A stretch of DNA of 64,000 bases from Narcine bancroftii (taxonomy: Eukaryota), in the NCBI RefSeq assembly GCF_036971445.1, contig NC_091473.1, positions 174,964,001 through 175,028,000 of the forward strand, in the 5' to 3' direction. Of this stretch, positions 52,369-64,000 are shown piece after piece; within the stretch, counting starts at the first letter, position 1, and every line of letters starts with the position of its first letter. Made by a program: the position numbers and the translations under genes. Below the pieces are notes generated by a model. That model was not told the DNA's origin and made no database searches. It saw only the letters and a list, made by a program, of their open reading frames with translations.

Positions 52369-55300
52369 GTAAGTCAATGCCATTTTGAGACAGCACACTT
52401 AATATCAATGTTTGTCTTTATTTAGATGTTTCGTGGCTTTCAGACTTTGAAAAAATGATAATTAGTTTGGTTCAGGAAAGCAGCAAGGATCTCAATAGAG
52501 TCCTACTAAATTTAACAATGATCAAATTGTGATTTCTTTAAGAAGTAATACATGTTATGCAGGCTTAAAATTCTTTTAAACATATGATTTAATCTGTCAT
52601 TGGAAATGTGATTAATCAGTGACAATTCTAAAACTATAGAACAATAAATGCACAGTATTCGCATTCCTTTGGAAAAGCCAGTTATTTCTTGCATGTTGAA
52701 AATTTTCCTTTAATATTCAAATGAAAATCTGAAACATTGGTTTAGTTCAGACAGTACTTCTAATATTTTTAGGACAACTCCCTCACCCTCTTTGTAAACG
52801 TTAGAGTGCAAAATTGCTTGAATGGTGACTAAATATTTAATAGCAACCACTGCTTTGCCAATCCAGGTAATTCCATTCAGTGGAAGGCACAATTAAACTA
52901 ATTTTCAAGTTATGATAGCGGTGGTAACAGTGAAAATAAATGATTTTGTATAATCACAACCAAAATTCTGAACTTACTGCCATGAAGCTGAGATTCAGTA
53001 GGTTAGAGAAAACAACATTTAATAACTTGTATAATTATTCTTGCTGGAGTGAACTATTTAATGAGAGTTTAGAACTATTAGGGAGAATTTGGTCAATACC
53101 TAAATCTGAGAGATGACCACAACATTTTGCAGTTTCCATATATGCTTTTGAATACAACCAGGAGAATTTATTAAGCACAGGCCAAGCACCTTTTACTGTC
53201 AATTTTCTTTGAAGTGATTCGTGGTGTGGCCCACAGGAACAACTTGACAATATAGCTTTTATTTCAAGAGCCTGTCTTTTCATTAGATTTCAGTCAGTAC
53301 ACAGCACACACACTGGGCTAAAGCTGCACATAAACTGACAGCTGAAAGATTCTTTGGTACTTTGGCATGTGATAATAGTATTTGGATAATTTGTACTGCT
53401 ACGTTACCTAAACTCAAACCAAAAATTCGCGATCTCGGACAAGAGGAGAAGGTCAGTCATAAGTATCGACTAAAATACAAACTTATATTCTATGGTTCTT
53501 TTTCATTTGGTAAATTGTCCCATTATGTTAATTTACTGTAATAGAATCTGAGTCCATTTTGAGACAGTTTCAGTGTTTTGTTTTACTGTGCTTATCTTTT
53601 CAGTTTGCTTCACAAAGCTATCCTCTGAACACATTACACCATAATAGAATTTTTTGGGCTCCTCTTTGGGAACCTTAGCAAATGAATGGGAATAGACCCA
53701 AATCTTGCAATAGAAAGAAAAGATTCCTCCAATCCCTGGGATAAGATTGATATATGCAACAATGTTTGGACAAGAAATTACGAAAAATAATCTGTTAGGT
53801 TTTATGTTAAAGATGGTAACTCGACTTGAGGACAGGGTTTTTTGTTTAATTCCTCCATTTTCATTACAGCTAACAACACTGCTTTGTGCTACTCAGTGCT
53901 TTTTCTAATGCAAATAAATAGATTCTCAGGGCAAAAGTTTATTCCTCTCTACTCCAAATGTCTGCATTCAAAAATTTAACAGAGTCATCTTGTGCAGATG
54001 AGGCCATCTTTAAGGGTTACTGATGAAGTTGATAATTTTCCTCTTACATTATCCTTTGTTAGAATACATTACAGCTTCAGGAGTTACTCATCAAATGGGA
54101 CAAACTTTCTACACTTCAAAACAAATCAGTTGCGCAGGAGAATTACTTAAACTTGTTGACAATTTTTGAACAATAATGATGGGCAAAATTCAGAAAAAGT
54201 TTTTTTCTTATCCTGTAAATTTAGCTTGATCTAAAAGGCAGTCATGAAATATAGAAGGTCATAAACTAAGCTATATTGCGCTCATTTCCATATAAGAAAA
54301 TTCCTTATGATGCCTAACATCAGCTTTAGAAATCCTTCAACGTGTTTGGTGGAAATGGGCCAAACATTATATTAGCAGTGTGGATTTAAAGGGGCAATAG
54401 TTAAAGAAAAATATAGTATAATTTTCAATGAAGGCCACATTAACAGTCATTTTATACACCAATGGATATTTGATTACCAATGCCATGGCTACATGACTGT
54501 CTTGCTGCACAACTCCGCGACATCAGTATTCTGACAGATTAAAATGAAGCAACAAAGGTTTTTATAAATCCCTCTAATGCTGATTTTCATAACTTCACCT
54601 CCAGTGAAAATATGATTAATTCTAAAATAAAGTTTTACTACGCTTGAGTACATAAAATTGATTTTATATTATTTGTGTGGAAATTGTACAACAGCAGAAA
54701 CTGTGCCGGTAAGTATGAAGTTCTAAAGAACCTTCTCCTTCAGAAACTATATGATAGTGGTATCTCACTCTCAATCAATACAGTACGTGGAATGAATTTA
54801 TTAAACTGATCTCACAGGTGTATTCTAAACTCACCAGAAAAACTGGAATACATCTATTTCACTTTTAGTCCCTTTAATGGAATGGTGTGTTTTTGTCATT
54901 GCCAATAACAACTGAAAATCAACCTTGACAGGAACAAACACTCATTCCTCCACATTCTTCAGATTTAAACACATCAGGTGATATAGAATTTCAAATACTT
55001 TACGTGCCTTGTGAGGTAAGCTCCCCTTTGTTCTTTATAACCTATTCCTTTTGAGTAGAATAAGAGATTGGGCAGTTAGGGATTGATATGAGGAGTATTT
55101 TCTTTCACTCAGAGGGTTTATTGGTGAAGGCTGTCAGTTTTGAGCACTTAAGAGTCAGATCAATGAATCTTGGGGCAATTAAAAACCAGGAAAATTGAAG
55201 CTGAGGATGAAAAGTGGAGTTGATCAAGATCATCAATCAATCAGAATAGCTGAGGAAACTATCTGGTGAACTGCTTGCCCTTTTAACTATGTTCAGATGA

Positions 55301-56156
55301 TACACAGGAAAACTTTGGGCCTGAATCTCACTATCCCTTCAGAAACATTTTCTTCACATACTTTGCTGAGTGGGCATATTGCTTAATGTTACCTGCTGCT
55401 GGATACTGAGGAGACACTCACACTCCTGAAGATGGAGTGTGATCAACTACAGAGCTAACATTGGACATCTACACCTAATGATTTCATGGTCTTTGCCATG
55501 TGATTTTAAAAGATAAACTCAAGTATGAAGAGAAGTACAAACACAAAGCCAAAGAAAATCAGCAGATCAAACGGTGTACTATATATATTTAGCAAATATA
55601 TATAGATACAGAAACAATGTTCCGGGTTTGAACCCCTCATCAAGGCATGAACAAAATGTGGGCAGGTTCCTGAACCTTTTTCTTTTCTTTTTACTTTTAC
55701 TCGAGTTTGAATAGCATGTCTTTGTCCCACATCCCTTAGTTTTCAATGTGTATAAAATATCCAAAAACTGCTTTGTGAGCATTTGGCAGGAAATTATTGT
55801 CACCAAATCTCTCTAAAGTCAAATGAAATAGGTTGGGGTCTAATGTGAATCAATTTATCCACCCGAACACAACCTTGTGCACCAACAATATGCTCTGCAA
55901 ATAAAAATGCGTAGGATAACTATTCAAAATTATAATGTTCTGCCAAACAAAGATCAATCCTTATTCTTTTATTCCAGCTCCTAAAAACAAAGTAAATCCA
56001 GTCAACACATTCCTGATGCAAAATGCTTCAACCGTGCCACAAACCAACAACTATCACAGCAAAATCACATTATTAAATACTTTTCAAAAGCTTGTGCACA
56101 TACATTTATGCTCCTCCAGCATCATTCTTAATACTTCAAAACACCAATAAAAATAG

Positions 56157-56370
56157 GGTGGCATGGTTGCCACTTTTCTATTATAGGACCAGTGACCCGA
56201 GCTTGGATTGGTGCTATCCGTAAGAAGTTTGTATGTGTAGGTTTCCTCTGGGTCCTCCAGTTTCCTCTCACCCTCCAAAAACGTATGGTATTTGTAGGCT
56301 AATTGCTGAATTTCTGCAGCACGGGCTTGTGAGCCAGAAGGGCCGATTACCGTGCTGCAACTTTAAATTG
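56157..56370 (+). mobile_element. tRNA-derived SINE
   Basis: Same family (ggtttcctctgggtcctccagtttcctctcaccctccaaaacgta). Confidence 0.75.
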
Positions 56371-57078
56371 AAAGAGAAATTTGGACTAGAAACTGGACCT
56401 TACTGTATCCTTTAATGGCACATGGAAATGAGTGCAATATGGCTTCGTTTCAGAGTATAACCTCTTACATTTCTTTATTAGCTTAAAAAAAACCCCACCA
56501 TTCTTTTTCATTCATGTGAAAGGAAGGATTCTACTGTCATTTTTTAAATCCTCCCACAGAAATTGACTGGCTTGGATTTTTCAGTTGACAGATGTTAGAT
56601 TTGCTCATTTAGATAACTATTCCAGAAAGTTTTTTTATGGAGCCAGAGGTTGTGTGATCAGATTCTCTGAGATTCTAAAATAGTTGATGAGACTTTGCTT
56701 ACAAGGTTTTCATTATCTATTACAACCTAACCCTTTCAAGAAGAATACAAGAATGGCCAGTTAAGATTGAGAAAACAAGAAACTCCTTCCATTTAGAGGG
56801 TTCTTCATTCTTGGAATGCATTTTATATTGTAGTTTGTAATTTAGCTTCATGAGTTTCATTTCAGAAGATTTAAAATTCACATTAGTGGATCTTGCCAAA
56901 CCCTCTTCAGTCCTGCAGTATATACAGAATTTCTGCCTGAGCCATTTGCCCTCCTATAACTGACTAAACCCATTCCCATTGTCTTGCTGTATCCAGCAGG
57001 CTGCAGTTTGTCTATATAAATTGTTTTGGGCCTAGTTTCAAGACAATCTCAGGACCCAGGTTTACAACCGTGCTTCTA

Positions 57079-57274
57079 GACCTGAAAACTGATCTAGATC
57101 AACTTCTTCTTCAGTATTGACATAGATTTGGCACAGTGATTTTCGACCTGAAAACTGATCCAGATCAACTTCTTCTTCAGTACTGACATAGGTTTGGCAC
57201 AGTGATTCTTGACCTGAAAACTGATCCAGATCAACTTCTGCTTCGGTATTGACATAGATTTGCCAGTGATTCTT
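57079..57274. repeat. 66-bp tandem repeat x3
   Basis: gacctgaaaactgatc.. starts at 57079, 57145 and 57211. Confidence 0.93.
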
Positions 57275-58451
57275 TTTCAAGGATCCAGGTCAATTTCAAA
57301 TGACATATCGTCAAGTAAGTTTCAGCTACAAACATTTGCATCCAAAGTTGTATAAAGCAGCTTTTCTCTCATTGTTTAACAGATACTGATAAAGCTTGCA
57401 ATTGAATCTGGTGAATCAAAAAAAATAGTTTTCGAAGTTACAGGTGCAAATATCTCCAAGGATATTTCTTCTTCCTTTACTACATTACACTGCAGCAACA
57501 TTTCCATAGACAAAATGCAACAATCCCTTATTACAGAGGATATGTTTAATCATAGGATATACAGATTTAAGAGTGAGTACAAAAGTGCAAGCAGATTTCT
57601 CATGTTTCTACTTTGTCAAAATAAATGAAATAAATGCAGTGGGGTATATTCAGAAACCCCTGCCTTTAAAAAAAACGTTACAAACTGAACAGTGAGTGGC
57701 AGCTTCACAATCTAACACTGTTAAATGAGTAGAACTCTCAGGGGACTGCACCAGAATAACAAAACAGAATAGCACTGCAACCTTTCTGCACCATGTTAAG
57801 AATAATTTTACAATCATTCCTGAATTGTACCTAATATCATTCCACTATAACTCTGATAAATCTTGTATATGAATAAAATGGATTAATTTTCCGGATGGCA
57901 GAAAACAACTGGCCATTTATAGTTTCAGGATTTGTTTTTATCCCTAACACAAATCCAATTCAAATTTGTATCTGCAACATGCTGCTGTTTAGGATTTGGA
58001 TCATCGCTTCGTGCTTTGTCAGAGATTGACAAAGCAAGGTGAGCAGAATTAGGAGTGTCAGTCGATGGCTGAATGCAATATGACGAGCTGCTGCACCCTT
58101 GGTGCTCCAGAAAAGAACCCAATGCCAAAAGTTGTACTGAAGACAAAGCTTTATCAGTTCCAGCAGAGGAGCTGGTTTCAAAACCCTTCGATCGATATGA
58201 AATACATGTTGTGTTTCAAGTATTGACGGCTGAAGGACAATAAATATGTGCTCATTTATGGATAACTAGCCCAGAACTATGGGAAAGAGAACTTTAAATG
58301 ACTAAACATTTCGGCACCATCTAAGTTCACCAATACATGAAAGCTCTTTTTAAACCCCTTTATACTCCAAATGGATGATACCCAGACTTTTTAAAAATCT
58401 GCACCACACTAGAGTCAAGGAAGGTGAAGGAGAATGGACAATGATATCTGT

Positions 58452-58915
58452 ATGGTGGAGAGGCGGACCGGTCATACTTTCAGATGAGGTATTAATTTTC
58501 CACAAGTATTGTTGGAGCATGATGGAGAGGCGGACCGGTCATACTTTCAGATGAGGTATTAATTTTCCACAAGTATTGTTGGAGCATGGTGGAGAGGCGG
58601 ACCGGTCATACTTTCAGATGAGGTATTAATTTTCCACAAGTATTGTTGGAGCATGGTGGAGAGGCGGACCGGTCATACTTTCAGATGAGGTATTAATTTT
58701 CCACAAGTATTGTTGGAGCATGGTGGAGAGGCGGACTGGTCATACTTTCAGATGAGGTATTAATTTTCCACAAGTATTGTTGGAGCATGGTGGAGAGGCG
58801 GACCGGTCATACTTTCAGATGAGGTATTAATTTTCCACAAGTATTGTTGGAGCATGGTGGAGAGGCGGACTGGTCATACTTTCAGATGAGGTATTAATTT
58901 TCCACGAGTATTGTT
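58452..58915. repeat. 67-bp minisatellite x7, near-perfect
   Basis: atggtggagaggcggaccggtcatactttcagatgaggtattaattttccacaagtattgttggagc starts at 58452, 58519 ... 58854. Confidence 0.97.
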
Positions 58916-59494
58916 TGAAGAGCTTCAAGATCAGGTTTTACTGATAATGGAACAATGTTGAGGTTAATATATTGCTCCAAAGCTTAAGTTTTAGATTTAT
59001 GGCCACAAAACTATGAACAAACTTGAGATCTTTCCACTGCCATACTCTTAAAGTGGAAAGGCCCACAAACAGTGAACTAGATTCTTTATGGTCTTTGACA
59101 GTTCACTGCTCTCAAAGGCATTTTCATTTCATAACTGCTGAAATTCACTTGAATAATTAAAACATAAAAAATTAGTTTAAAAGGCTTCATTAAAGCTATC
59201 AATGCAAAATAAAGACAAATAAACAAAACGAAGGCCACTACAGACCAAGGAAGTCAGATGAGACAGTATCCACCTTTGTGCAGTGTTCAATATTCCATAA
59301 TAATGAGTGGCAGTGAGGAAATTATGAATACGCTGCCCTCTAAACCACTAGCCAAAGATTCAGACTATTATCAGTGGAACTACTTTTAGTCTCTTCAGTT
59401 CTAATACATGGAAACCTCACAGGATCAGATCACCTGAATGGTCATGAGGTGCCAGTTATTGCTGTCCTAAATATAAAACATATCCAAGTCTTCA

Positions 59495-61140
59495 CCTTGG
59501 GACAATCAGAATCCGGTGCAATAGCAGATGAAAAAGCTTCTCTCCCAGAGGAACTCAATGCCTTTAACATCCAATTTATCTCTAGTAAAGAACCACCCCT
59601 CTGCACCCCCACGTCCCCTGATGATCCTATTCTATCCATATCTGAGCTGCCTTCAGAAGAGTGAATCTGAGGAAAGCATCTGGTTCAGATGGAGTACCTG
59701 GCCGAATATTAACAACCTGTGCTGACCAACGTATTGATGTATTCACGGATATCTTCAGCATCTCACCCTGGCAGGGCATGGTACCCACCTGTTTCAAACA
59801 GGTGTCAATCATACCAGAACCCAAGAAGAGCGTAGTAACCTGCCTTAGTAACTATCGACCAGTAGCACTTTCATCTCCAATGATGAAGTGTTTTGAAAGG
59901 CTGGTGTGGAAGCATATCAGCTCCTGTCTGAGCAGCGAAGTGGATACGTTTCAGTTCATCTATCATAGCAACAGGTCTACAGCGGATGCCATCTCACTGT
60001 CTCTACACATAACTGTGGAACACCTGGACAGCAAAGATGCTCCTTATCGACTACAATTCAGCATTTAACACCATCCCCTCAAAACTGATCAACAAACTCC
60101 AAGACCTTGGAGTTAACACTCCAATGTCTAATTGGATCATGGATTTCCTCACCTCCAGACCCCAATCAGTGAGGATTGGTAAGGACATCTCCACAATCTC
60201 CATCAGTACCGGAGCACCACAAGGCCGTATTCTTATCCCCCTGCTCTACTCACTTTACACCTATGACTGTGGTTCGGTACGACAATAACACCATCTACAA
60301 ATTTGCCAACGATACCATGATTGTGCATTATGTAAAGAAAGATGATGAGTCATCTTTCTATCGAAGGGAGAGTGAAAACTTGGCTGAATGATGCAACAAC
60401 AACAACCAAGGAGCTGATTGTTGACTTCAGGAAGGAAAAACCAGAGGTATATAATTCAGTGATCATTGGGGGATCAGGGGTGAGCAAGTTTAAGTTCTTG
60501 GGAGTCACTATCTCAGAGAATCTTTCCTGGACCCAACACACTAATGGCATCGTGAAGCAAATCAGTGCCTCTACTTCCTCAAGAGTTTGCAGAGGCTTGA
60601 TATGACACCGGAAACCCTGTCAGATTTCTAAAGATGTGTGGTAGAAAGTGTGTTGACCAGCTGCATCATGGTCTGGTATGGGAATACCAAAACCCCTGAG
60701 TGTAAAGTCCTCCAAAAGATAGCGGACACTGCCCAGGGCATCACTGGTAAAACCCACTATCGAAAACATCTCTGCTGCCATCAGAGAGCAGCAGCAATTA
60801 TCAAGGATCCACACCACCCAGCACACCCTCTGTTCTCGCTGCTACCATCAGGAAAGACTCTCACTACCAGGTTCAGGAACAGCTGCTACCCCTCCACTAT
60901 CAGTCTCCTCAACAAACAAACTCAATCAGGTCTCTTACTTGTGCACTTTATTGATTTTTTAAAAATTCTCTCTATTGCACGTTTTGTATATATTCATTAT
61001 CTGTTTACAGTTCTTTATTTGTTTACATGTGTACATTTTGTACAGAATTTTTTGCTCTACCGATAAGTGGTAATTCTGCCTCGCCGGCAGGAAAATGTAT
61101 CTCAGGGTTGTATGCTCTTTGACAATAAATCTGAAATCTA
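59495..61140 (+). mobile_element. Rex1/Babar-like LINE, 5'-truncated and degenerate
   Basis: RT fragments [64 protein letters not shown]. 3' UTR ends in AATAAA plus a short tandem tail. Confidence 0.9.
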
Positions 61141-61293
61141 ATCTCAATGGTGAGTCCAGATATGAAGCAAGAAATTAAAAGCATTTTGTTCATGCAACTT
61201 GCTGTATAAAAGCTCACAATGGATAAAAAGGTCTTTGATTGATAGTTGAAAATGATTGAGTGTTTTGGGACTATTGATGAATATGAGGCGTAA

Positions 61294-61405
61294 CTGTGTC
61301 TGCCTGTCCCGCATCGGACTTGTCAGCCACAAACGAGCCTGCAGCTGACGTGGACATTTACCCCTCCATAAATCTTCGTCCGCAAAGCCAAGCCAAAGAA
61401 AAAGA
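61294..61405 (+). mobile_element. RTE-clade LINE 3' end, second copy
   Basis: Near-identical to 19601-19710. Confidence 0.8.
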
Positions 61406-61569
61406 AATAACACCTACTATCACCTTGTTCATTAGATGTATGGGTTTCATGGGCCAGGGGGGCATTCCACCGTGCTGTACTGTTAAAAATGCTTAACAGA
61501 GGGGTTGCATTCCCGGTAAACAGTCCATATTGTTTAATTTTTAAAATATTTAATTTAATTTATAAAAAA

Positions 61570-61815
61570 TTTATACACACAGCACGGTAACAAGCCCTTT
61601 TGGGCCACAAGCCCGTGCCGCCCAATTACACCCAATCGACCTACAACCTCTGATACGTTTCGGTCGGTCAGAGAAAACTGGAGCCCCCAGGGAAAACCCA
61701 CACAGACAGGGGAGAATGTGCAAACTCCTCAAAGACAGCACAGGAATCAAACCCAGGTCCTGATTGCTGACGCTGTAATGGCGTTGCACTAACTGCTACG
61801 CTAAATGTGCCACCC
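61570..61815 (-). mobile_element. tRNA-derived SINE
   Basis: Same family, with a full head (ttagcgtagcagttagtgcaacgccattacagcg on the minus strand). Confidence 0.8.
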
Positions 61816-62044
61816 CGTGATCTTATGGCTAAAATGGACAAAATGTGTGTTTCTTTTACATATTGTGTTTATTTGGTTAGTTTTTCTCACATAAATTCCA
61901 TGAGTGAATTTTTCTTCCATATCTTGATTTGTGTCAGGAGATGGAGGTACAATGTAATTGAAAGTTGATGGATTGGCCAGTAAATAATTAAATGAATAGT
62001 TTGGGTTTTTTTCCTGCTTTTTTTTTAGGGAAGACAGTTTTGTG

Positions 62045-62280
62045 GGTAGCATGGTTGAGTAACGGTTAGCGCAATGTTAATACAGCGTCAGTAACCAAGC
62101 ACTCTAAGTGAGGAGTTTATACAGTCCACCCGTGTCTGCATGTGTTTCCTTTGGATTCTCTGGTTTCCTCACACCCTCTAAAATGTTCAGGGGGTTGTAG
62201 GTTAATGGGGTGCACGTGGGTGGCAGAGGCTCATTGTCCGAAAGGACCTGTTACCAGGATGTATGCCTAAATTTAATTTT
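62045..62280 (+). mobile_element. tRNA-derived SINE
   Basis: Same family, inverted relative to 61570-61815. Confidence 0.78.
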
Positions 62281-64000
62281 AGGACATATCTGGGCAGTTT
62301 TCCACATGGTCAGGTAAATGCCAAGTGTGACTGTGCTGTAACAACTAGTTCAGATGCATAAATGTTCAAAAGCTCAGTCATATCTTGGACACTTGGGCTG
62401 TACTCAATACTTCAGCTGTCTCTTGACAACATGTGGAGAGAACTCCATGGATTGATGGTGGGAAGACTGCGAGGGGCTGAGATGGATCATCCACTTGGCA
62501 CGATGGTGACTACTTCGGCCTTATCTTTTTAGTCCCTGCCCTTGTTAAGGATGGGGATGTTCTTGGAGCCACCTCCTCCAGTTAATTGTTTTGTTACAAA
62601 CAAAAAATCTGTGCTTCTCCTGTTAAACAGCAGAAGAGACCACATTCTTCAGGAAGATATTTGATTGGTAGCACTAACCACGTGATATCTACATGATGCA
62701 CCCCACTTCTGAAATTCACCTCCAGAGACGACACTATGGCCTGTTTTGCATTAGCAATGAAAGATGAATTTCCGAACAAATTTCTCTTTATAGCCATTGC
62801 TCACGAACAAATGCCAGCCAATAACAGCATGCACAATGAATAACTTGAAACCTCATTGGAATAGTTTAATGTTCCACGTCCTGAACATGTGCACAATTCC
62901 TCCTTTATATTTCCACTGCAATCAAATACTGTCAGTGTAAACTCCTCTCTATGTAATTAGGTGGCAGAGCCCTGCAGTATTCAATAATCCATGGATGTGG
63001 ATGATGTTAACCAAAAAAAAGGAGCAAAGAAGCATTGGCAACTAATAACTTGAGAACTGGTCAGGTAATAAGAGACAGGAAAGAGGTATAATAGGTTTGT
63101 GTTCCACTCACTGGTGTTATCCCTCGGGGATTATGCTTCATGACATTTATTAACACATTGGAATGTATCGTTGTTATCTAAGCTTCCCGTTGACACTGTC
63201 TTAAGGTGGTACAGTAATTAAAGAGTGTAGAAATCTGCAAAGGAACATTGACAGTGTGTGAATGGATGAAATTGTGGGTGTTCAAGATGAAGCAATGAAT
63301 AGCTGTTTGTTTTGGAAATATAATTCAAATTATTTTCTGAATTTTGAGAAGTTTTGCTTTATGGAAAAGCACAGATATTTCAGGCCCACTAAATTTTAAA
63401 TATTACAATACAATATATACAGTAACAAAATACATTTCAAAATGGTTGCTTGGTCTCATCTTAACACAGTATTAAAAATTATGCTATAGTAGCTTGAAGC
63501 TCTTGAGAAAGACATGACAGTCATGTCACATTTGCAGTATAATCCTGAGACATCAGTTCATGCTTGCTGAAGAATTTAAAATGAGTTAATAATAAAATGA
63601 ATGCATACTTAGGAAGGAAAACTGCTGTCAACATGTGACTCCAGACTCTCAGCAGTGTGGTTTGAAAGGCGGATGAAATATAAATGGATTACTCATGTTG
63701 GCCAGGAAAATAGAGAGGGAAAGAAAATAGAGAGGAAAAGTATTATCAGTTGGGAAATGCTGATGGATAAAGAGAGCTGGGTGTCCTATACATCAATGGC
63801 TGAAAGCAAACATTCAGGTGTAACAAACAATAAATTCCTTGCTGGAACTTTGAACTTTGAATACAGGAGTAAGAATGTCTTACTGGACCTTGGTGAGACA
63901 ACACCTGTAAAGTAGATTTTGTTTTATTACCCAAGAAAAGATATCCTTGCCAGAAAGCAATGCAGCAAAGATTCATCATATGAGAGGAGATTGGGGCAAA

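Noticed and set aside
52426-52462. tttag|ATGTTTCGTGGCTTT (MFRGF) resembling the start of TIMP exon 3
   Set aside because: Stops after 10 codons and lies only about 57 bp from exon 1, leaving no room for exon 2.
58452-58915. Regularly spaced repeats resembling a CRISPR array
   Set aside because: Units are contiguous with no unique spacers, there are no cas genes, and the context is a vertebrate intron.
59399-59487. Possible TIMP exon 2 (VLIHGNLTG...NIKHIQ) after a cttcag acceptor
   Set aside because: No VIRAK or YEIK motif, and a poor donor (CAA|gtcttc).
61740-61815. tRNA gene
   Set aside because: The tRNA-like head is part of a SINE repeated several times in the window; no intact cloverleaf.

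Overview
Vertebrate genomic DNA, most likely a cartilaginous fish (inferred from the repeat content). The window holds the 3' half of a synapsin II gene (SYN2) on the minus strand. Six coding exons (63, 143, 75, 103, 150 and 135 bp) were spliced by hand and run to the synapsin IIb-specific C-terminus (..PPPQGCLQYILDCNGVAVGPKQVQAS*). The intron before the last exon appears to use a GC donor, and the last exon carries an internal donor for the IIa isoform. Exon 1 and the promoter of a TIMP gene lie on the plus strand inside the large upstream SYN2 intron (positional TIMP4, the known Syn-Timp nesting). The ORF track misses this exon. The rest is intron filled with decayed mobile elements: an internally deleted two-LTR Gypsy, a fusion of two different Gypsy elements, solo LTRs with 5-bp target-site duplications (TSDs), a fold-back Tc1 derivative, a nested-palindrome hAT MITE, Rex1-, RTE-, L1-, CR1- and Penelope-like fragments, tRNA-type SINEs and four minisatellites. 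I found no CRISPR array or prokaryotic-type system, and no clearly new biological system. All homology calls are from recognised motifs, not database searches, and repeat boundaries are approximate.
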